Positions 15,880 to 22,411 of a DNA stretch of 32,000 bases are shown piece by piece. The notes beneath the pieces were generated by a model, which saw only the letters and a program-made list of their open reading frames with translations, was not told where the DNA came from and made no database searches. Origin of the DNA: an uncultured Veillonellaceae bacterium (GTDB taxonomy: Bacteria; Bacillota; Negativicutes; Selenomonadales; Selenomonadaceae); contig OMZT01000027.1 of the NCBI GenBank assembly GCA_900315615.1, positions 5,865 to 37,864 of the forward strand, written 5' to 3'. Position numbers and translations under genes: made by a program. Position 1 is the stretch's first letter; every line of letters begins with the position of its first letter.

Positions 15880-17981
15880 TGAATGGTGATATCATGCTGG
15901 CAATGGCAATGCTCTTATCGCTATCTGCCATGCTCGCATACGTTGCGGGATACGGTGGAAAGGCGACGTGGGGAAAACGCCTCACAGTGATTGCCACCAT
16001 ATTTATCGTCGCTGCCAGTGCCAATCTCTGGATGATGATTTTCCAGAATCGCTTCGACATTGCTTATGTGGCGAATTACTCTTCGGCAGAGCTCTCGCCG
16101 ATGTACAAGGTCTCGGCATTTTGGGCTGGTCAGCAGGGGTCGTTCCTCCTCTGGCTGCTCATCCACGCGGTGGCAGGGCTTTTCCTTTGCTATCGAAGTC
16201 GCATGAAAAATGCGGGTATGATCGTGTATCTGCTCCTGCAGTCGGTGCTCTGTGTGCTCGTCATCGCAAAGAGTCCGTTTGAACCGGCAGCGCAGACTAT
16301 GATGAATGGTCATGGTCTTAATCCATTGCTTGAGGATCCATGGATGGCCATCCATCCACCGGTACTGTTTGTAGGGTATGCGCTCATGGCCGTGCCATTT
16401 GCATATTCGGCCTATGCACTCATATCTGGGGACAAGGGAACTGAGTGGCTGGAATCTACACGCAAATGGGCACTCGCAGCATGGGCGTTCCTCGGAGCAG
16501 GTATCTTCATCGGTGGCTACTGGGCATATAAAGTGCTAGGTTGGGGTGGCTTCTGGGGCTGGGATCCGGTCGAGAACTCCTCGCTTGTCCCATGGCTTTT
16601 ATCGGCGGTTTTTATCCATCTCCTTGCCGTGTCGCGCGTGCGCAAGCCGACGTTATCGGTCATGCATCTCTCCATCATATTCGTTTATGCCTCTGTGCTT
16701 TATGGTACATTCCTCACGCGCAGCGGCATCCTTGGAGATTTCTCGGTGCACTCATTCAGCGGATCGAGTATAGGTCTCACGATTGCCGTCGCCAATGGCC
16801 TCGTGCTTATTGCAGGACTCTTGCTGCTTATGTTCCGCGTGAATACTCTGCCTCAGGGAAAAATGTATACGGGATATAACAGCCGTGAGTTTCTCGTGCT
16901 GCTTGGTATGCTCTTGACGGTGTTCATCGCGGTGATCATTTTCCTCGGGATGTCCATGCCGATGCTTACGCAGCTGTTCGGTCGTCCGGCTTCCGTCGAT
17001 ACGTCATTCTATGTGCGCACGACGATGCCGCTAGCTATCGTGCTCATGCTAGTGCTGACCTGTGCATGTATTCATCGCTATGGCGATGGCAACCTCTTGC
17101 CGAAGACGAAAGTGACTTTTGTGGCATTCGTGATTGGCGCCGCCTGGGCTTTTGCGATCGGTGCGCATCAGATCATGCCGATTGCCCTTGCGGGTGCATC
17201 GGGTATGGCCGCCTATGCTTCGGTATATGCATGGCGTCATCATGCTCTGCGCCTTGGTGGTATGGTAGCTCATGTCGGCCTTGGTCTCGCCATGATCGCG
17301 ATGGTTCTGGCAGGCAGTGGCAGCCGTGAAATACAGCAGGAGATCGTGCCAGGGAATACGGTCGATGTGCTCGGCCATACGATTGCCTATCAGGGACAGG
17401 AATTCGCAGAGGATGGACGCTCGAAATACTACGTTTATACGGTAGATGGCAGCGAGGTGAAGGCACTCACGAAGCTTCATGCTAGTGGAGAAGATGCGGC
17501 GCGTGAACCAGCCATTGCGCGATTGGTGACGGGCGATGTCTACATTGCTCCGGTTCCACCTAAAGAGGAGGGACGTGAAGAGATGATCCTGAAGCGTGGC
17601 CACATGCAGATGGATGAAGACTACGCTTACCGCTACGATGATGTACGTATCGAGCCGCATGGCGGCGGATCGATGCTGGTGACAGCTGAAATTGCCATCA
17701 CGGATGGCGATACGGTCGAGCATGTAGAGCCGACCATTATCGCAACGATGGATGGCGGCAACTCTCACCCGATTGAGATATATGGCGGTGCTAAGCGCAT
17801 ACGCCTTACAGGAATATCAAGCGATAATATGCAGGCACGCATAGAAGTCCTGCCATCCGTTCAGGAAATGGCGACGGAGCCGGTTACAGCAAAGATCAGT
17901 ACGAAACCATTCATATGGCTGCTGTGGCTTAGTGCATGCTTGGTCGTCATCGGTATGGCTTTCGGCATCAGAAAAAGCTGA
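15879..17981 (+). CDS. ccmF: cytochrome c heme lyase subunit CcmF
   Basis: 700 aa. The ATG overlaps the ccmE TGA by 1 nt. WWD motif WGGFWGWDPVENSSLVPWL. Many TM helices, with a soluble C-terminal domain and a final TM. Confidence 0.9.
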   Translation: MNGDIMLAMAMLLSLSAMLAYVAGYGGKATWGKRLTVIATIFIVAASANLWMMIFQNRFDIAYVANYSSAELSPMYKVSAFWAGQQGSFLLWLLIHAVAGLFLCYRSRMKNAGMIVYLLLQSVLCVLVIAKSPFEPAAQTMMNGHGLNPLLEDPWMAIHPPVLFVGYALMAVPFAYSAYALISGDKGTEWLESTRKWALAAWAFLGAGIFIGGYWAYKVLGWGGFWGWDPVENSSLVPWLLSAVFIHLLAVSRVRKPTLSVMHLSIIFVYASVLYGTFLTRSGILGDFSVHSFSGSSIGLTIAVANGLVLIAGLLLLMFRVNTLPQGKMYTGYNSREFLVLLGMLLTVFIAVIIFLGMSMPMLTQLFGRPASVDTSFYVRTTMPLAIVLMLVLTCACIHRYGDGNLLPKTKVTFVAFVIGAAWAFAIGAHQIMPIALAGASGMAAYASVYAWRHHALRLGGMVAHVGLGLAMIAMVLAGSGSREIQQEIVPGNTVDVLGHTIAYQGQEFAEDGRSKYYVYTVDGSEVKALTKLHASGEDAAREPAIARLVTGDVYIAPVPPKEEGREEMILKRGHMQMDEDYAYRYDDVRIEPHGGGSMLVTAEIAITDGDTVEHVEPTIIATMDGGNSHPIEIYGGAKRIRLTGISSDNMQARIEVLPSVQEMATEPVTAKISTKPFIWLLWLSACLVVIGMAFGIRKS

Positions 17982-18016
17982 GCATATTTTATAGGTGATA
18001 GTAGGAGCTTTCATAG

Positions 18017-18052
18017 TCCGCTTGCTTTTTAAGGAGCAGGCGGATTTTTTTT
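18017..18052 (+). terminator. rho-independent terminator after ccmF
   Basis: A 10-bp stem tccgcttgct / agcaggcgga (one G-U pair) with an 8-nt loop, followed by T8 at 18045-18052. Confidence 0.8.
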
Positions 18053-18070
18053 GTTGAAAAATTTTTTATA

Positions 18071-18112
18071 GTTGCTTCAGCAACATCATGAAAAATTAAT
18101 GAATGCTATAAT
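18071..18112 (+). promoter_or_regulatory. nrfHA promoter: perfect 5-4-5 palindrome at -41.5 plus consensus -10
   Basis: GTTGC-TTCA-GCAAC at 18071-18084 and TATAAT at 18107-18112. The inferred +1 is ~18119, placing the palindrome centre at -41.5 (class II activator geometry). No -35 hexamer is present. Confidence 0.55.
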
Positions 18113-18186
18113 AAGATAAATCGAGATAATACATCATTGAGACTATGGGGGAAAGGCATGATATCCTTGAGAGGAGGGAAGCAGGA

Positions 18187-18678
18187 ATGGAATGGAAATC
18201 CTTGATTCATAAGCACACGCTGGCTTGTCTGGCTGGTGGATTCGTCATCGGCTTGGCAGTTTGTGGCGTAGGATCGGCGGCCATGTCATTCTCCGGTTCT
18301 GCAACATTCTGTGGTAATGCATGCCATGCGATGCAGAGTGAAGGCTGGACGTTTGCCGAGTCCTCACATCGAAATCAGGAGTGTGTGGAATGCCACCTGC
18401 CCCATGACAATATGGCTATTTACCTTATTGAGAAGGGGCGGACTGGTATGGTGGATACCTACCATGAGGTTCTGCGTGATTATCCGGCACACATCAAGCT
18501 GTCCGCTGAGGGCAAGAAGACAGTTAATGCCAACTGCCTCCGCTGCCATAAGGCCACCGTGGGGAAGGTACATGCTGACATCGGAGTGGACATGGACAGC
18601 GGCGGTGACTGCATGAAATGCCACAGCAGTGTCGCTCATGGCGCGAATCACATAGAGAGGGGGATAAAAGTTGAGTAA
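18187..18678 (+). CDS. nrfH: NrfH, membrane-anchored tetraheme quinol dehydrogenase (NapC/NirT family)
   Basis: The ORF opens at 18145, but ATG 18187 has the best SD (gaggaggg at 18171-18178). TM anchor LACLAGGFVIGLAVCGV. Heme sites CGNACHAM (CX3CH), CVECH, CLRCH and CMKCH. Confidence 0.9.
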   Translation: MEWKSLIHKHTLACLAGGFVIGLAVCGVGSAAMSFSGSATFCGNACHAMQSEGWTFAESSHRNQECVECHLPHDNMAIYLIEKGRTGMVDTYHEVLRDYPAHIKLSAEGKKTVNANCLRCHKATVGKVHADIGVDMDSGGDCMKCHSSVAHGANHIERGIKVE

Positions 18679-19951
18679 GCTGCAGAAAATCATAGCGGGA
18701 ATCTGCGCAGTGTGCGTTGTGTTCTTTGGCTTCGTGGTGCTCCGCATTGCAGCCGCACCGAATGACAGCAGCGTGAAGCTGGCCAAGATCCCGGAAGATA
18801 AGAAACTTACAACTGAAGCATATAAGGATGCGTATCCGCTAGAGTACGAGTCCTACATGAAGAATAATATGGGTGGCGCGTCGCCTACTGGTTATGGTGG
18901 CAGCGATCCGGGTGTCTCGTACCTCGAGATGCAACCGGAAATGCTTGAGAACTTCAAGGGATACAAGTTCTCTATCCAGTATGACGTTGCACGCGGCCAT
19001 ACGCACGCCGGCGAGGATTTCCTTGCGACGAAGCGCCTGCCAGGGCAGAAGGGCTCATGCATTACATGTAAAGGCTCGTACATGTACGACGTCTACTTCA
19101 AGCAGAGCGGCTGGGATTATGCTTCTAAGCCGATCGATGAGGTTAAAGCACCGATTGGGGAAGACGAGTGGTTCGGATGCTCATCATGTCATGATCCTGA
19201 TACGATGGAACTGCGTGTCTATCAGCAGGGATTTGTTGAAGCCATGGCTCGCCGTGGCATAGACGTGAACAATGCTTCGCATAACGATAAGCGTGCTTAT
19301 GTATGTGCTCAGTGCCATAACGAGTACTATTTCATGTCAGAAGACGGACGGGTCAACCACCCATGGGACAATGGACTTGAGCCTGAGGATGAGTTCCGCT
19401 TCTATCAGTCCGGTCAGGCTGGCGGATTCCAGCAGGATTGGATTCATCCGGATTCCAAGACGAAGATGCTCAAGGCACAGCATCCAGATTTCGAGATATG
19501 GGCTACGAGCGTACATGCCGATAATGGTGTGACCTGCGTTGACTGCCATATGCCATATATGCGTAAGGATGGTCAGAAATACACGTCGCATTGGATGACG
19601 AGCCCGCTCAAGACCATTCAGGAGTCATGCCTGAAGTGCCATGATGAAAGCCCGGAGACTTTGACTGCACGTGTAAAGACGATTCACGATAATAACTATA
19701 AGCTTCAGCGCCGTGCCGGTCAGGCAGTCGCAAAGGCTCATCTCGCTATCAAGGCTGCGATGGATGCAGGTGTTCCGGACGAACAGCTTATGGGTGCTCG
19801 CCTGAAGCTTCGTGAAGCATCGTTCTACTGGGATTGGATCGCTGCCGAGAATGGTAATGGCTTCCATAACCCAGATAAATGTATGCGCGTCAGTGGTGAA
19901 GCAATCGATCTCGCACATCAGGTCATTGAGGAAGCCAATGCGCTCCATTGA
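18671..19951 (+). CDS. nrfA: NrfA, pentaheme cytochrome c nitrite reductase (ammonia-forming)
   Basis: 426 aa. TTG start overlaps the nrfH end by 8 nt, with SD gaggggg upstream. N-terminal signal/anchor. Active-site CITCK (CXXCK) plus CSSCH, CAQCH, CVDCH and CLKCH. Confidence 0.95.
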   Translation: MSKLQKIIAGICAVCVVFFGFVVLRIAAAPNDSSVKLAKIPEDKKLTTEAYKDAYPLEYESYMKNNMGGASPTGYGGSDPGVSYLEMQPEMLENFKGYKFSIQYDVARGHTHAGEDFLATKRLPGQKGSCITCKGSYMYDVYFKQSGWDYASKPIDEVKAPIGEDEWFGCSSCHDPDTMELRVYQQGFVEAMARRGIDVNNASHNDKRAYVCAQCHNEYYFMSEDGRVNHPWDNGLEPEDEFRFYQSGQAGGFQQDWIHPDSKTKMLKAQHPDFEIWATSVHADNGVTCVDCHMPYMRKDGQKYTSHWMTSPLKTIQESCLKCHDESPETLTARVKTIHDNNYKLQRRAGQAVAKAHLAIKAAMDAGVPDEQLMGARLKLREASFYWDWIAAENGNGFHNPDKCMRVSGEAIDLAHQVIEEANALH

Positions 19952-20025
19952 CTATAACAGTGGAGTGATACGAGGTACAAGATGATAGATAGGTGAATCC
20001 TTCAATCTATGCTGGTATGTAAAAA

Positions 20026-20058
20026 GGGGACTGTCTGGCTGGGCAGTTTCCCTTTTTT
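20026..20058 (+). terminator. probable rho-independent terminator after nrfA
   Basis: An imperfect stem ggggactg...cagtttccc, flanked by A5 upstream and T6 (20053-20058) downstream. Confidence 0.55.
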
Positions 20059-20188
20059 GCGTTCAATATGGGTTGCTAAGACTTAAGGTCCATCGCGTAA
20101 TATTCTATAGCGACAGATAGCTTATTTTTATCTGTTCTGATGTAAGAAATCTTGTCGGAATTTAATCAGTCCTTTTTTTCATTACTAC

Positions 20189-20217
20189 TTGAATTACTGA
20201 CGCGCCTTTGATATAAT
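20189..20217 (+). promoter_or_regulatory. strong sigma-70-type promoter for the skp-lpx operon
   Basis: TTGAAT (20189-20194), a 17-bp spacer, then TATAAT (20212-20217), with extended TG at 20209-20210. The 5' UTR contains the hairpin ggctgg-gtatag-ccagcc (20240-20257). Confidence 0.7.
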
Positions 20218-20297
20218 AAGTGATGTTTTAGAACAGGAAGGCTGGGTATAGCCAGCCAGAATGACTGACCCGAAAGGGCAAAGGAGTTAGAGACAGA

Positions 20298-20768
20298 ATG
20301 GTAAAATTGCAGAAGAAGACGGTAAAGATTGCAAGCGTCCTCATCGCACTTGTATTTATCGGCAGCGTAGTTGCACTGGGTGTATCTGAGTATGCTTCGT
20401 CAGGCACTGCATTCGCTGCATCCTCCAACGTTGGAGTTATTGATTATCGTCAGGTCATGAGCCAGCATCCAGATCTTGCAAATGCGAATACACAGATGCA
20501 GACTGAAGTAGAGAATGCCAAGAAGGATTTCGATGAGAAGTCCAAGAACATGAGTGAACAGGAGAAGGCATCCTACTATCAGCAGACACAGCAGCGTCTG
20601 CAGCAGAAGCAGCAGGAGCTTATAGAGCCGATCCAGAAGAATATCGAAGATACCGTCAAGAAGGTCGCTGAGCAGAAGGGCCTTTCGGTTGTTATCGATA
20701 AGAATGCAGTCGTGTACGGCGGTCAGGACATCACACAGGACGTCGTAAACAAGGTTGCAAAGAAGTAA
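20298..20768 (+). CDS. skp: Skp/OmpH-family periplasmic chaperone (paralogue 1)
   Basis: 156 aa with SD aaaggag. N-terminal signal peptide or anchor. OmpH signature layout: VGVIDYRQVM..., a Q/E/K-rich coiled arm, then ...LSVVIDKNAVVYGGQDITQDVVNKV. Confidence 0.8.
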   Translation: MVKLQKKTVKIASVLIALVFIGSVVALGVSEYASSGTAFAASSNVGVIDYRQVMSQHPDLANANTQMQTEVENAKKDFDEKSKNMSEQEKASYYQQTQQRLQQKQQELIEPIQKNIEDTVKKVAEQKGLSVVIDKNAVVYGGQDITQDVVNKVAKK

Positions 20769-20789
20769 TAAATATCTAAAAGAGACTTC

Positions 20790-20824
20790 AGTACCGAGCC
20801 AGTAACTGTGCTCGGTACTTTTCT
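20790..20824 (+). terminator. terminator/attenuator-like hairpin between skp paralogues 1 and 2
   Basis: A perfect 10-bp stem agtaccgagc / gctcggtact with a 10-nt loop, followed by ttttct. Confidence 0.5.
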
Positions 20825-20840
20825 GAAAGGGGACGTATCC

Positions 20841-21932
20841 ATGCCGGAAGAGCCGGATGAGAAAACGGTTGAGCATGAAGAGAGTGCCTACGAGTGGCTT
20901 AAGCGTCATAAACTGCTTTGTTTCGCGTGCGTTGCCGCTGGGATTGCGATAGCGGGTCTTGGCGCGTGGATCATGAAGAGTGCCATGCCGAAGCCACTTC
21001 CAGCAGCGAGTACGGATACGGCTCCGGATGTTGGTATCGTGGATCTGAGTCAGGCATTTCAGGCTCATGACGCATATGCTGAGTTCATGCAGCTGCAGCA
21101 GGACAGGGATGAACTGCTGTCTGAGCTTGCGTCGTATGATGGACAGCTGACCGTCATGGCGCCACAGCTGGTGCCGGATGCATTCCAGCAGGTTGCAGAC
21201 AAGAAGGCCCAGCATTTGGACATCAAGTCGCATAATGAATATCTGGATTTCCGCAAGAAGAAGGCTGATGAGTGGCAGGATGCTCATGGTGCACAGTTCG
21301 ATGCTAGAAGTAAGGAACTCGATGACGCATATCTGAACCGCATAATCAATTTGCGGCTGAAGATAGATAACAGGGAGAGCATGCGCCTTACTGACAGTGA
21401 TGTGAGCAAGCTGGAAGCTGAGCTCAAAGAGGTTCAAAGCGAGCGCGGGATGAAGCAGCGTGAGCTGCACGAGGAGTATCGCTCCGAGCTCATGGCGTAT
21501 ATGTCATCGCTGGATCAGCAGCATTCTGCGGAAATGCGCAGGATACAGCAACAGCATGCGGAGCAGGCGAATGCAGAGATGGCGGCAAAGATGCAGGAGG
21601 CCCAGCAACGCGATGCAGAGGCGATGGCGGCAGCTGCTGCCGATCAGACCAGCAGCCAGCTGGAAGCTCTTGAAAAAGCGCTTGAGGCTAAGGACGAGGA
21701 AATTGCGACAATGGAGGAACAGATGCTCGATGATATAGCGGGCAGAGCTTCTAAGCTCGCAATCATCCATCACCTGACGATGATATATGCAAGCTTTGGT
21801 GCTGACATACATACCATTAGCCCAGACGGCAATATGTTCGATCTGGGTCCAATGGAGCAAGTGCCGATTTTTGGGACGGAGAAAGGGACGATTGATCTGA
21901 CAGAAGAACTCCTTTCTGAGATGTCCGATTGA
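20841..21932 (+). CDS. large membrane-anchored Skp/OmpH-like protein (paralogue 2)
   Basis: The ORF-track GTG 20808 lies inside the upstream hairpin. ATG 20841 has SD aaagggga. The protein is 363 aa. It has an acidic N-terminus and one TM helix (LLCFACVAAGIAIAGLGAWIM). The OmpH-like ends are VGIVDLSQAFQ... and ...GTIDLTEELLSEM. Between them lies a ~230-aa Q/E/A/D/R-rich helical insert. Confidence 0.6.
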   Translation: MPEEPDEKTVEHEESAYEWLKRHKLLCFACVAAGIAIAGLGAWIMKSAMPKPLPAASTDTAPDVGIVDLSQAFQAHDAYAEFMQLQQDRDELLSELASYDGQLTVMAPQLVPDAFQQVADKKAQHLDIKSHNEYLDFRKKKADEWQDAHGAQFDARSKELDDAYLNRIINLRLKIDNRESMRLTDSDVSKLEAELKEVQSERGMKQRELHEEYRSELMAYMSSLDQQHSAEMRRIQQQHAEQANAEMAAKMQEAQQRDAEAMAAAAADQTSSQLEALEKALEAKDEEIATMEEQMLDDIAGRASKLAIIHHLTMIYASFGADIHTISPDGNMFDLGPMEQVPIFGTEKGTIDLTEELLSEMSD

Positions 21933-21966
21933 TTCATTTTTATAGATAGTTCTTGGAGGGACCAGG

Positions 21967-22401
21967 ATGAGATTTGGCAAGAAGTCTGCGTTAGTCGCGG
22001 CTTTGGGTGCAATGCTTGTGCTTTCAGCAGGATGTGGTAAGGCAAGTATAGGCTATGTAGATGGCAGTAAGGTAATGGAGGCTCCGCAGATCAAGCAGCT
22101 CGTCGAGGAGGGCAACGCGAAGCTTGCAGAGGCAGAGCAGAAGGCGGAGGCAGAGCTCCAGAAGGATCAGGCTTCCATGTCGGCTGAGGAGTTCCAGAAG
22201 GCACAGCAGCAGCAACAGCAGAAAATGGTCGGCATACAGCAGCAGTATGCGACGCAGCTGAAGCAGAAGGTTGATGCAGCCGTGCAGACTGCCGTGAAGG
22301 ATAAGAAGCTCGATGTAGTTGTCGATAACGAGGCTAATTCCAAGATTGTCATAACCGGCGGTATCGATGTTACGGATGATGTTGTAAAGAATCTGCAGTG
22401 A
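21967..22401 (+). CDS. skp: Skp/OmpH-family chaperone, lipoprotein form (paralogue 3)
   Basis: 144 aa. Lipobox LVLSAGC at aa 17-23. OmpH layout: IGYVDGSKVM..., a coiled arm with a QQQQQQ run, then ...LDVVVDNEANSKIVITGGIDVTDDVVKNL. Confidence 0.8.
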   Translation: MRFGKKSALVAALGAMLVLSAGCGKASIGYVDGSKVMEAPQIKQLVEEGNAKLAEAEQKAEAELQKDQASMSAEEFQKAQQQQQQKMVGIQQQYATQLKQKVDAAVQTAVKDKKLDVVVDNEANSKIVITGGIDVTDDVVKNLQ

Positions 22402-22411
22402 GGTGACTGTA

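Noticed and set aside
17049-17768. 239-aa minus-strand ORF inside ccmF; similar cases at 6101-6775 (tamB), 22024-22755 (skp3/lpxD) and 394-996 (mlaD)
   Set aside because: All are antisense to confidently identified genes, lack SDs and domains, and have skewed compositions typical of shadow ORFs.
12700-20100. ccm-nrf block as a horizontally acquired genomic island or mobile element
   Set aside because: There is no integrase or transposase, no flanking direct or inverted repeats, no tRNA and no obvious compositional discontinuity by eye. Only the synteny interruption itself is supportable.
20400-21470. 356-aa ORF on the minus strand, the longest antisense ORF in the window
   Set aside because: It lies entirely antisense to skp1 and the large Skp-like gene. 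Its translation is low-complexity L/I/C/H-rich, mirroring CAG/GAG/GCA-rich sense codons. It has no SD and no recognisable domain. The sense-strand genes have clear family features.
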